Source of the DNA: Candidatus Saccharimonadota bacterium
GTDB lineage: Bacteria > Patescibacteriota > Gracilibacteria > UBA4473
Reading direction: 5' to 3'
Assembly (NCBI GenBank): GCA_965228485.1
Contig: OZ245819.1
Location: forward strand, 960,001-992,000
Length of the DNA: 32,000 bases
The notes under the pieces: model-generated
What the model saw: the letters and a program-made list of their open reading frames with translations, nothing else
Databases searched by the model: none
What the model was told of the DNA's origin: nothing
In this document: one piece after another, positions 1 to 8,559 of the stretch
Layout: each line of letters starts with the position of its first letter
Numbering within the stretch: the first letter of the stretch is position 1
Made by a program: the position numbers and the translations under genes

Positions 1-300
1 ACTCAGTTTATGGATATGATGGATGGAATAGAAGATCGAAAAGCGACGTTTTATTCTGCGATGGCGATTGTTGACCCTTCTAGTCAAAAAGAAGAGACCA
101 TTCTTCGAAATGTTACAGGAGAAATTGTAGATTTTCCTCAAGCTCCAATTGAAAAAGGTATCCCCGTTTCGGCAGTTTTTATTCCAGAGGGAGAAAATCT
201 CGTATTTTCTGCGATGACAAAACAACAAAAGATGAAAGTTAGTCATCGTGGGCGCACAGCCAAAAAGGCAAAAGAAGTTTTAGAGAGACTCTTTAGTTAA
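1..300 (+). CDS. dITP/XTP (non-canonical purine NTP) pyrophosphatase, RdgB/HAM1 family, C-terminal fragment; the 5' end lies outside the window
   Basis: The frame is open from nt 1. The C-terminus FIPEGENLVFSAMTKQQKMKVSHRGRTAKKAKEVL matches the conserved HAM1 C-terminal signature (F.P.G...faEm....K..iSHRg.A). Confidence 0.7.
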   Translation, partial: TQFMDMMDGIEDRKATFYSAMAIVDPSSQKEETILRNVTGEIVDFPQAPIEKGIPVSAVFIPEGENLVFSAMTKQQKMKVSHRGRTAKKAKEVLERLFS

Positions 301-1124
301 GATCTCCAGAAATCTTTCCTCCTCATAATATAGTGATACTTTCGGAATAGATTGGCTTGTTTTACATTTGGCATACTTAACAGTGGGCTCCACTTTTTTA
401 TCTGTTGTGTTCGAATATTTCTTTTTTCTATTTTTACGAGTGCTTTTGCGAGTAATACTCCCCCAACAACCGAACTTTTTTCATTAATACAGTTCATGCT
501 GTCATTAGCTCTGATGAAAAATTTTCTTTGAGTAATTATCTCTCCTTCATCAAAATTCTGAGTCATAAAATGAACGGTTGCCCCTGCATATTTTTTTCGA
601 TTGAGCAATGCCCAAAATCCGGAGAATGTGCCTCTGTGGTCTTTGAACAGTGCTGGATGGAAATTTATAGCGCCATTAATAGGCATGGATAAAACTTCCG
701 TATCTACTTTTTCTAACAATAGGCAGGACACAATAGTATCAATATCGAGGTCTTTTATAATTTTTTTTGATGAGCTGTTATTAATGCTATCTACTGCAAA
801 GTAGGGGATATTATGTTGTTCACAGAGTTCGCTCACTTCAAATATTTTTCTTTGGCTTCGGGGATAGAGATATCGGACAATTTTGAGATTTAGTTTCTGC
901 CAGGTGTTTATAGCAATAGTTTTTATAGCAAAAATAATTCCAGAAGTCTGAATAAATTTTATAAGCTTTTTCCAGGTATTTATTCTCAAAATATTTACAT
1001 GATTTGTAGAAAGAACTCCTACAATTTCAATATTGTTTTTGATGATTTTTTTGTGGTTCAAGAGTTTTTCCAAGGCAATGTTTGTCGCCAGGCTATATTC
1101 GGTTGTGAGTATGCAAACTCTCAT
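297..1124 (-). CDS. Formyltransferase-family protein; catalytic N-domain only, not a canonical Met-tRNA formyltransferase
   Basis: Core INFHPALFKDHRG...ATVHFMTQNFDEGEII carries the formyl_trans_N catalytic Asn/His/Asp arrangement. At 275 aa it has no recognisable Fmt C-terminal domain. Confidence 0.6.
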   Translation of the reverse strand: MRVCILTTEYSLATNIALEKLLNHKKIIKNNIEIVGVLSTNHVNILRINTWKKLIKFIQTSGIIFAIKTIAINTWQKLNLKIVRYLYPRSQRKIFEVSELCEQHNIPYFAVDSINNSSSKKIIKDLDIDTIVSCLLLEKVDTEVLSMPINGAINFHPALFKDHRGTFSGFWALLNRKKYAGATVHFMTQNFDEGEIITQRKFFIRANDSMNCINEKSSVVGGVLLAKALVKIEKRNIRTQQIKKWSPLLSMPNVKQANLFRKYHYIMRRKDFWRS

Positions 1125-1167
1125 GATTTTCGTTGAAATGGTATGAAAATTTGCTAGTGTCGTAAAG

Positions 1168-1884
1168 ATGAATTTACCTTATAAACGAATTTTGTTGAAA
1201 CTTTCTGGGGAAGCGCTTTTAGGAAAAAAAGAGTTTGGAGTTGATTATCAGGTGCTTCATCAAATATGTGAAGAGATCCAAACAATCAGAGATTTAGGTA
1301 TTGAAATTGTGGTGGTTATTGGTGCTGGGAATATTTGGAGAGGAAGTGAAAATGCGGATTCAGGAATTGATCGAGTACCTTCGGACTACATTGGAATGAT
1401 GGGAACATTGATGAACTCGGTGGCTCTTCAAGCAAATTTAGAAAAAATGGGAATTTACACTCGAGTGGCCTCGGCTCTTGATATTCCATCGGTAGCAGAA
1501 CCTTATATTCGAAGACGCGTCATGAGACATTTAGAAAAGGGGCGTGTCGTTATTTGTGGAGCGGGTACTGGGAATCCTTATTTTACGACAGATTCTGCTG
1601 CAGCGCTTAGAAGCTTGGAGTTGGAGTGTGATGTCTTGATTAAAGCAACAAACGTTGATGGAGTTTATGATGATGATCCACGGAAAAATCCAGATGCAAA
1701 AAGATATTCAGAAGTAAGCTTTGAAGAGGTTCTAGAAAAAAATCTTAGAGTTATGGATGCTACGGCCATTGCTCAGTGTCGAGACAATCAAATGCCGATT
1801 ATTGTTTGTAAGCTTATGGAACCCGGAAATATTGCTCGGGTTATTAAAGGGGAAGACGTTGGAACTCGAATTAAAGTTTCTTAG
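1168..1884 (+). CDS. pyrH: UMP kinase
   Basis: YKRILLKLSGEAL..., GAGNIWRG and GAGTGNPYFTTDSAAALR are typical PyrH motifs. The length (238 aa) is canonical. Confidence 0.95.
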   Translation: MNLPYKRILLKLSGEALLGKKEFGVDYQVLHQICEEIQTIRDLGIEIVVVIGAGNIWRGSENADSGIDRVPSDYIGMMGTLMNSVALQANLEKMGIYTRVASALDIPSVAEPYIRRRVMRHLEKGRVVICGAGTGNPYFTTDSAAALRSLELECDVLIKATNVDGVYDDDPRKNPDAKRYSEVSFEEVLEKNLRVMDATAIAQCRDNQMPIIVCKLMEPGNIARVIKGEDVGTRIKVS

Positions 1885-2936
1885 TCAAATATCACGTAAT
1901 CGAATGCTCCAATTGAAGTCTTTTCAGCAACATCGATTGATATTTGTTGTGAGAAATCTTCTTGATTTACATCCGAAGTTACGGTGTAAAAACTTCTTGG
2001 GAAACTGTTTGTAGAAGTCGCTTGAAGTCTTATAAGGAAAGGTATTCCAGGAACCTTGATGTCATCGCTTTCATCGGGAGTTCCTTCACTATCTATGAGT
2101 TTCAGGAGCGGTCTGAAAGTTACCCGATAATCACTACAAGTGCCGCTTGTCCCACTGTCGGCACAATCCCAAAAGTCTTGTAAAGTTGCGGTTACTCCCC
2201 CTGGAAGGATTTTTCCATTAATGGCGTTATTTGTGTGTATATTTTGTGTGCCTGCTAAAAATTGGTCTTCACAGATAAATCCAGTGGCTCCGCTACAGTC
2301 ATCATTTTCAACAGGGATAAAGGTTTGCACCCCTCTGTCAGTGGTTTTTCGCGAAAGTGACCAATCAATTAAAACCTCGGGATCACCTTCTTCTCCAAAA
2401 TCAAATCCCGTTCCCATTGAAAAATTCCCATGTTCAGCAATGACTTTATCTTTTGCTGTTGAATTTGGCATACTTGCGGTATCATTAAAGAATTGTATCC
2501 GAAGGTTATCTGTTGAAGCAGGGGCGCCGTCTTCGTTGGGTTCGGAAGTAGGATTGGTTGAATCGTCCCAAGAAAGAGGGATTTGAATACTTTGTCCTTC
2601 TTTTAAGACTCCTCCGAGAACTGGGTTTCCACTAATAGAGTCGGTGGTTCTTCCTGTTATTGACCAGCTGGTTTCGGCCTGGATATTTTCGTGTTCTATG
2701 TCTTGAGAAGTATCTCCAGTATTAAAATTTAATCCTGCACCTCTGGCGTTGTGATGAAAAAATGCAGATTCAATACCTGACTCAGAAGCGAAAAATAATT
2801 GTGTCGATCTTTGAATATTTGAAGCCTGTTCCATTGATCTGGCAACAGAATCAAGAGTCGCGAAAGCAAGCGTCAGAACCAATAGAGAGGTTCCCATTGC
2901 AATAAGGACAGATATTCCGGATCTTTTTACTTCCAT
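1881..2936 (-). CDS. PilX-like type IV pilus minor pilin / pilus-associated secreted protein
   Basis: N-terminus KRSGISVLIAMGTSLLVLTLAFATL followed by QLFFASESGIESAFFH resembles the PilX_N architecture (basic residue, hydrophobic helix, AE.G.e.A). The remainder is Ser/Thr/Asp-rich with paired Cys residues. Confidence 0.45.
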   Translation of the reverse strand: MEVKRSGISVLIAMGTSLLVLTLAFATLDSVARSMEQASNIQRSTQLFFASESGIESAFFHHNARGAGLNFNTGDTSQDIEHENIQAETSWSITGRTTDSISGNPVLGGVLKEGQSIQIPLSWDDSTNPTSEPNEDGAPASTDNLRIQFFNDTASMPNSTAKDKVIAEHGNFSMGTGFDFGEEGDPEVLIDWSLSRKTTDRGVQTFIPVENDDCSGATGFICEDQFLAGTQNIHTNNAINGKILPGGVTATLQDFWDCADSGTSGTCSDYRVTFRPLLKLIDSEGTPDESDDIKVPGIPFLIRLQATSTNSFPRSFYTVTSDVNQEDFSQQISIDVAEKTSIGAFDYVIFD

Positions 2937-2944
2937 GTAAATTC

Positions 2945-2950
2945 ATTCTA
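2945..2950 (-). promoter_or_regulatory. -10 box TAGAAT, 8 nt upstream of the ATG at 2936
   Basis: The plus strand reads ATTCTA at 2945-2950. No SD is present. A -35 would fall inside gpmI. Confidence 0.35.
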
Positions 2951-2953
2951 GCT

Positions 2954-2959
2954 TAAAAT
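2954..2959 (+). promoter_or_regulatory. -10 box TAAAAT, 7 nt upstream of the gpmI ATG at 2967
   Basis: TAAAAT lies at 2954-2959. There is no SD between it and the start. Confidence 0.35.
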
Positions 2960-2966
2960 TTTGGTG

Positions 2967-4481
2967 ATGGAAAAAGTTTACTTGGTTATCCTCGATGGGT
3001 TTGCGTTAGCCCCTCCTTCAAAAGGGAATGCTGTAACGCTGGCTAATATTCCTTACCTAGACAGTTTATTGCCAAATGATAAAATTGCACGATTAAAAAC
3101 ACACGGGACTTCAGTTGGGTTACCAGAATTTCAAATGGGAGGTTCGGAAGTTGGACACGTAACGATTGGGTCAGGGCGAGCGGTTAAACATATTTTGACA
3201 AAAATTAATGATGAAATCGAGTCGGGAACTTTTTTTGAGAAAGAAAATTTGAAAGCTCTTTTTGAAAAGGCCAAGGATAAAGGAAAAATTCACTTTTTAG
3301 GATTAGCCAGTGATGGGGGAATTCATAGTTTTTTACCACATTTATTTGGGCTTGGGAAAATGGCAGAAAAATTCGATATTCCAGAGGTTTACATCCATGC
3401 TTTTTTGGATGGGAGAGATGTCCCAGTGAGAACCGCCAAAACTTATCTGAAGGAAATTGAAGATAATGAGGTTGGAAATATTGCGACTATTGGAGGGCGT
3501 TATTTTGGAATGGATCGTGATAATAACTGGCAGAGAACAGAGCAGGATTATAAAGTTTTACTAGATGATGCTGCAACAGAGACGGATGATTCTTGGGAGG
3601 ATGTTATTGATCAATTCTACACAGATACTGATGAATCGGATTATTACCTCCCTCCTAAACTATTGGATAAAAATGGTCAGATTAAGGAAGATGATATTGT
3701 GATTTGTTTTAATTTTAGAACAGACCGAATGCGTCAGATTATGGCAGCCTTTTGTGATGAATCTTTTGAACATTTTGAAAGACCTTTTGTTTGTGATCCT
3801 CAAAATTTTGGTGTTTTTGGAAATTATTATGATCAAGCTCAGGTAATCTTTTCTTTGGCTTCTGAACCCGTGCGAAATACTCTTGGTCAGGTAGTAAGTG
3901 AAGCTGGGGGCACCCAACTAAGGGCGGCTGAGACTGAAAAATTTAATCACGTGACTTTCTTCTTTTCAGGGGAAAGAAAAGAATTATTCCCAGGGGAGGA
4001 GAGAATTTTGGTTAATAGTCCAAAAGTGCCGAGTTATGCTGATGCTCCAGAGATGTCAGCGGAAGAATTGACGACTCAAATTTTAGAAACTCTAGAAAAA
4101 CAAGATTTTAATTTGGTAGTTCATAATTATGCCAATGGTGATATGGTTGGGCATTCAGCCGATATTCCAGCGACCGTAAAAGCTGTTGAAACGCTGGATC
4201 GAGAAATGCAGCGTTTAGTTCCAGTCGTTCAATCTAAGGGTTATAATTTAATTATTTTTGCTGACCATGGTAATTGTGATCAAATGTTAATGGAAGATGG
4301 TGTAACTCCATGTCCTACGCATTCTAAAAATTTAATTCCTTTTCGATTAATTAAAGCTGATGGTTCGGAACCAACCTTACGTGATTATGGAGATCTAGGA
4401 GATGTAGCTCCTACCGTATGTGAACTGCTTGGGCTTGAAAAACCAAAGGAGATGACTGGTGAAAGTTTGATTGAAAACTAG
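2967..4481 (+). CDS. gpmI: 2,3-bisphosphoglycerate-independent phosphoglycerate mutase
   Basis: GGSEVGHVTIGSGR, DGRDV and ADHGN motifs, about 505 aa. The ORF track starts at TTG 2961. In-frame GTG 2964 and ATG 2967 follow; ATG is preferred. Confidence 0.93.
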   Translation: MEKVYLVILDGFALAPPSKGNAVTLANIPYLDSLLPNDKIARLKTHGTSVGLPEFQMGGSEVGHVTIGSGRAVKHILTKINDEIESGTFFEKENLKALFEKAKDKGKIHFLGLASDGGIHSFLPHLFGLGKMAEKFDIPEVYIHAFLDGRDVPVRTAKTYLKEIEDNEVGNIATIGGRYFGMDRDNNWQRTEQDYKVLLDDAATETDDSWEDVIDQFYTDTDESDYYLPPKLLDKNGQIKEDDIVICFNFRTDRMRQIMAAFCDESFEHFERPFVCDPQNFGVFGNYYDQAQVIFSLASEPVRNTLGQVVSEAGGTQLRAAETEKFNHVTFFFSGERKELFPGEERILVNSPKVPSYADAPEMSAEELTTQILETLEKQDFNLVVHNYANGDMVGHSADIPATVKAVETLDREMQRLVPVVQSKGYNLIIFADHGNCDQMLMEDGVTPCPTHSKNLIPFRLIKADGSEPTLRDYGDLGDVAPTVCELLGLEKPKEMTGESLIEN

Positions 4482-4717
4482 AGGGCTTCTTCTCTTTTTT
4501 TGACAATTCCCCGGTGAATTCTTTTTATAATGTCAGTTTTTCTTATGGGATCAGGAGTTCCCAGTTGTTTCATCTGTTTTTCCACTAGTTCAGTGGTTAT
4601 GTCTTTTTTATTTTTCTTAGGATTAATACAGATATTTACTCTCTGAACACAAAAATCGACCCATTGGTCGATTTCTTCAGGAGTTAGATTTATCTTTAGT
4701 GGTGGAAGTGTTTCCAT
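4478..4717 (-). CDS. Hypothetical 79-aa basic protein
   Basis: An ORF only. Its ATG overlaps the stop of the upstream 141-aa ORF (TAATG), suggesting translational coupling. Confidence 0.4.
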   Translation of the reverse strand: METLPPLKINLTPEEIDQWVDFCVQRVNICINPKKNKKDITTELVEKQMKQLGTPDPIRKTDIIKRIHRGIVKKREEAL

Positions 4718-5142
4718 TACTTTATGGTTTCGAATACTCGTTGGACAATGTGCTTTCTTGCAAAAATTAATTTAGGAATCACAATATATCCTGTTTTTTG
4801 ACTTTTTTCTCTTGCTACAGGAGTGAAAAGACCGTCTCTGTGTTTTACAAATCGAGGAGTTGAATTTTGAGTATTCCGTAGTGATGCTGGTTCATCAGGA
4901 TCGTTGATTTGTGCTAACTGTAAGTTGCTTCCATGAATAATTGCCATGTCGGCATTTAGATTCGCATTTTCAGCAATCTTGTCAGTTTGGAAATCGGAAA
5001 ATACACAGACAATTTTTTCAACTGGGCAAGGTAAAACTCCTCGAAAGGGATAGCCCACTCCCAGAGAATCAAGAAGTGGCACAAATCCTTTTTCTTCTAA
5101 GGATTCACAAATTTCGGTTTCTCGACGACTTAAAGATTCCAT
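4717..5142 (-). CDS. Hypothetical 141-aa protein
   Basis: The ORF fills the gap between the M16 peptidase gene and the 79-aa ORF. I recognise no motif. Confidence 0.45.
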   Translation of the reverse strand: MESLSRRETEICESLEEKGFVPLLDSLGVGYPFRGVLPCPVEKIVCVFSDFQTDKIAENANLNADMAIIHGSNLQLAQINDPDEPASLRNTQNSTPRFVKHRDGLFTPVAREKSQKTGYIVIPKLIFARKHIVQRVFETIK

Positions 5143-5168
5143 TTTTTATGCCAAAATAAAATATTTTA

Positions 5169-6431
5169 TTATTTTAGCAAGTTTTTTAGGTGTTCTTCAT
5201 CAAGGCCTGGACCGATGCCCGAAAAACGGAAATTCTCAGGTTTTAATAAATCTTTGGCCAATTGTTCTACATCAGACTTTTTGGCTTTTCTGATAAGACC
5301 TTTCCATTCATCATAGGTCTGATTTTGTTGGTATAGTAGTGTGTTTTTTCCGTATTCGTGAGCGACATCTTCGGTGTCTTCAGTAGTAAGATCTGTTTTT
5401 CCGCATAAGTAATTTTTGGCTTTTTCTACTTCTTCGTCAGTCACTCCACTTTTAGCTATTTGATCATACTCAAAACGAATAGCTTCTACCGCACGAAGCG
5501 CATCACTGACCTTTACTCCAGCACGGGTAGTCATTAGCCCTGTGTCCGCGTATTCGTCTACCTGAGTTCTAATGGAGTAGCACAGTCCTTTTTCCTCCCG
5601 GACATTTTGAAACATTCTGGAACTCATATTTCCCCCAAGAATAGTTCCAAGGACTTTAAGTGCTGGGAATAGAGGATCTTGTTCTTTGAGGGCTCTAACT
5701 CCAAAAGATAGGTGATATTGCTCTGTTTTTTTGGTTCGAAGTTTGATTTGCTCTGTGGCTTTTGCTGGATCAAATCTTGTTGGCTCAATTTGTGCTGGAG
5801 TATTTTCCATCTCAAAATACTCGGCGACGGTATTAAGATCTTTTTCACTAACGGCTCCCGCAATAGTAATAACCATATTTTCTGGTACGTAGAGAGCATT
5901 TTTATAGTCAATGAATTGTTGTTGAGTTACGTTTTGGATAAGTTCTTTCGTTCCGATTTGATCCCATCCGAGCGGTTGATCTCCAAAAACTAATTGTTCA
6001 AAGTCCCAAGAAATTTGATACATAGGAGCATCTAGGTACATAGCCATTTCTTCCAAGATTACTCCTCGTTCTTTTTCGATTTCATTCTTTGGAAATGTTG
6101 AATGAATCAGCATGTCAGAGAGTACATCTAAAGATTTTTTGAGATTGTCTTTCCCTGATTTTATGTAGTAGCCAGCATATTCTTTTCCAGTAAAAGCATT
6201 GAAAGCTCCACCGAAACTATCCACGGCTTCACTAACTTCTTTTGGGCTTCTATATTTTTTGGCCCCTTTGAAAAACATATGTTCTAGAAAGTGTGATATT
6301 CCAGAAATTTCTTTAGTTTCGTATCGAGATCCTGCTCCGACTAGAATAAGTGTCGTGACAACATTGGTTCCAGGCATTTCAACCGCTTGTAGTCGAAGTC
6401 CTGAGGCTGTGGTTTTCTCATGTAAAATCAT
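5169..6431 (-). CDS. M16 (pitrilysin/insulinase) family zinc peptidase
   Basis: Inverted zinc motif HFLEH (HxxEH) near the N-terminus with a downstream Glu (RGVILEEM). The 420-aa length is typical. Confidence 0.85.
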   Translation of the reverse strand: MILHEKTTASGLRLQAVEMPGTNVVTTLILVGAGSRYETKEISGISHFLEHMFFKGAKKYRSPKEVSEAVDSFGGAFNAFTGKEYAGYYIKSGKDNLKKSLDVLSDMLIHSTFPKNEIEKERGVILEEMAMYLDAPMYQISWDFEQLVFGDQPLGWDQIGTKELIQNVTQQQFIDYKNALYVPENMVITIAGAVSEKDLNTVAEYFEMENTPAQIEPTRFDPAKATEQIKLRTKKTEQYHLSFGVRALKEQDPLFPALKVLGTILGGNMSSRMFQNVREEKGLCYSIRTQVDEYADTGLMTTRAGVKVSDALRAVEAIRFEYDQIAKSGVTDEEVEKAKNYLCGKTDLTTEDTEDVAHEYGKNTLLYQQNQTYDEWKGLIRKAKKSDVEQLAKDLLKPENFRFSGIGPGLDEEHLKNLLK

Positions 6432-6438
6432 CAGAAGA

Positions 6439-6444
6439 ATTCTA
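6439..6444 (-). promoter_or_regulatory. -10 box TAGAAT, 7 nt upstream of the ATG at 6431
   Basis: The plus strand reads ATTCTA at 6439-6444. No SD is present. Confidence 0.4.
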
Positions 6445-6489
6445 TTTGTATTAGGTTTTTTTCCCAGTTTTTATTAATTTTTTTAGGTA

Positions 6490-6517
6490 TTGACAAAATT
6501 TTAAAAACATTTAAAAA
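6490..6517 (+). promoter_or_regulatory. Sigma70-type promoter TTGACA-16-TAAAAA, with the -10 ending 7 nt before the ATG at 6525
   Basis: A perfect -35 TTGACA lies at 6490-6495 and TAAAAA at 6512-6517. Confidence 0.45.
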
Positions 6518-6524
6518 ATAATTA

Positions 6525-8555
6525 ATGAGATGGATTTTATTTGGACTTATCTTTTTACCACAAATGGTGCTAGCTTCACTGGTGCCAACGGTAAATGTTC
6601 AGGTATCTCCAACAAAAGGTGATTTGGAGACGAGATTTTTGCTCGACGCTTCTCTTTCGCGTAATAATAACGGACTAAGAGATGGTTTGCAGTTTAAATT
6701 CAAGCCTTCGCGAAATGATCGTACTTCAGGATGGCTGAGTACACCTCAATTTTATTTTTATCCTGAAAAAACAGGTAATTTCCAGGCACAGATTTGGGTG
6801 AGAGATCGGCAAGGGAATGAGAATACCTCCTATGTTAAGTATAGAGTTACTCAAGAAAGTTTTCGTAATGTTAGACTTACGCTTTCCAATCCAAGCCCAG
6901 CTTCAGGAGAGGCGGTTAAGTTAGAGGTAATTATTACTTCTGCTCAAGAAAAAGACAAAGATCAGGCTCAGGTACGTTGGGATTTTACTTCTGATGGAAA
7001 GTTTGATACGAATTTTTCTATCTCAAAATCCACTTACCATGTCTACACAGGAGGAACGACGTCTCCTACAGCCGAAGTTCGTTTTCCTGATGGAAAGGTT
7101 ATGAGCGTGAGAGGATTTGAAGTTATTGGTGAATCCTATCGTTCGAGAACTCCTCGGAGCGCTTGGCCAAAAATTAAATCACAACCGCTATCTCCTAAAG
7201 CTCCAGTGGTTGAAGTTTCTCCAGGAAATGAAGTTTTCAATGAATCTACAATATTTACTTTTGATGCTTCTAAAACACAAGTTTCAGGTTGGATAGAGTG
7301 GTCAATTGATGGGGTTAGATTAATTGAGAGAGAAAAGAAGATTCAGCACAAGTTTCTGTCTCCGGGGGTACATCAAATCAGAGTAAGGAACTGTAAAAAT
7401 GTGCAGTCACCACAATGTGCTGAAACAACTTTAGAGGTAAAAATCAATCCGCTTCCAACCGATGCTTTGCTCAATTTTTATGTTACTAACTTAACCGATC
7501 CTTCTGTGCAGCATTATCAACAGAATTTTTTGCAGGTGACTCAGGGAGATCGAATTCGTTTTAATGCCCAAATTCTTAATAACTTTGATTCAAGACAGCG
7601 TTGGCAGTATCGGTGGGATTTTGATGGTAATGGCGTTTGGGATACGACATTTTCAGCCAACTTAAGTGCGGAACACACCTTCGATAGAGATGGAACTTAT
7701 CAGGTAAAATTGGAGGCTCGTCCCGTCAAGACTTCTAAACACCTAGAGAGTATTTTTAAATCAAAATCAATTATTGTTTATCGTAATCAAGCTCCTAAAG
7801 GAAAAATTTGGTTTCGAAAGTTTGAGAATTATACAAAAGAGCGAGTTTATTTTGAGGCAATTTTAGGAGATCGAAATTCAGAAGATAATGTAGAAATTCG
7901 AGTTGATTCTGATGGAGATGGTGTGTGGGATTCTGATTTTGCTCGTAGAACTACTTGGTGGTGGATTTATGATGAGCCTGGTAAATATAATATTAAAATG
8001 CAGGTTCGAGACCCGCAGAAGAAAGTTTATGAAACTCGACGAACCATTGAAATTCTTCCTGTTCCGAATCCAGGTATAAAAGTTAAAGTCTCTCATAGAA
8101 CACAAGAAATTGGAAAAAATATTTTGTTTGATGCTTCTGAAACAAATGGGTTAGATTTGTCTTACGAATGGAAAGTGCAAGGAAACCCTTATATTTGGGC
8201 TCGAGGAAATCGAGTGAACTTTAAGTTTGATAAACCAGGTAATTATGTCGTTTGCTTGCGGGTTATTGATCGGGAAGCTCGTGTTCAAGAAGTTAATATT
8301 CCTGTAACTGCTTCAAAAGATCCAGTAGTAATTAAACCTTCGGGTAACACAGCTAAAGCTGCCTCTTCTCATCCGTTGCTTAATACCTCAAATTCAGGCT
8401 CTCCGGTTTCAGAAGATGATGCCTCTCTTCGTTTTATGGGGGTGAACATGCCCAAAGGTGTTCATTTAACAGGGCAAACAGATCCTTTTGCTGTAACTAG
8501 TGAATATAATCCCTCTACATCTCCAGTACTTACCGGAATGCGCCCTGGGTGGTAA
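6525..8555 (+). CDS. Secreted multi-repeat protein with PKD-like domains
   Basis: Signal peptide MRWILFGLIFLPQMVLASL. Recurring WDF..DG..D motifs (RWDFTSDGKFDT, RWDFDGNGVWDT, DSDGDGVWDSDF) and FDAS motifs are typical of PKD repeats. Confidence 0.7.
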   Translation: MRWILFGLIFLPQMVLASLVPTVNVQVSPTKGDLETRFLLDASLSRNNNGLRDGLQFKFKPSRNDRTSGWLSTPQFYFYPEKTGNFQAQIWVRDRQGNENTSYVKYRVTQESFRNVRLTLSNPSPASGEAVKLEVIITSAQEKDKDQAQVRWDFTSDGKFDTNFSISKSTYHVYTGGTTSPTAEVRFPDGKVMSVRGFEVIGESYRSRTPRSAWPKIKSQPLSPKAPVVEVSPGNEVFNESTIFTFDASKTQVSGWIEWSIDGVRLIEREKKIQHKFLSPGVHQIRVRNCKNVQSPQCAETTLEVKINPLPTDALLNFYVTNLTDPSVQHYQQNFLQVTQGDRIRFNAQILNNFDSRQRWQYRWDFDGNGVWDTTFSANLSAEHTFDRDGTYQVKLEARPVKTSKHLESIFKSKSIIVYRNQAPKGKIWFRKFENYTKERVYFEAILGDRNSEDNVEIRVDSDGDGVWDSDFARRTTWWWIYDEPGKYNIKMQVRDPQKKVYETRRTIEILPVPNPGIKVKVSHRTQEIGKNILFDASETNGLDLSYEWKVQGNPYIWARGNRVNFKFDKPGNYVVCLRVIDREARVQEVNIPVTASKDPVVIKPSGNTAKAASSHPLLNTSNSGSPVSEDDASLRFMGVNMPKGVHLTGQTDPFAVTSEYNPSTSPVLTGMRPGW

Positions 8556-8559
8556 GCCG

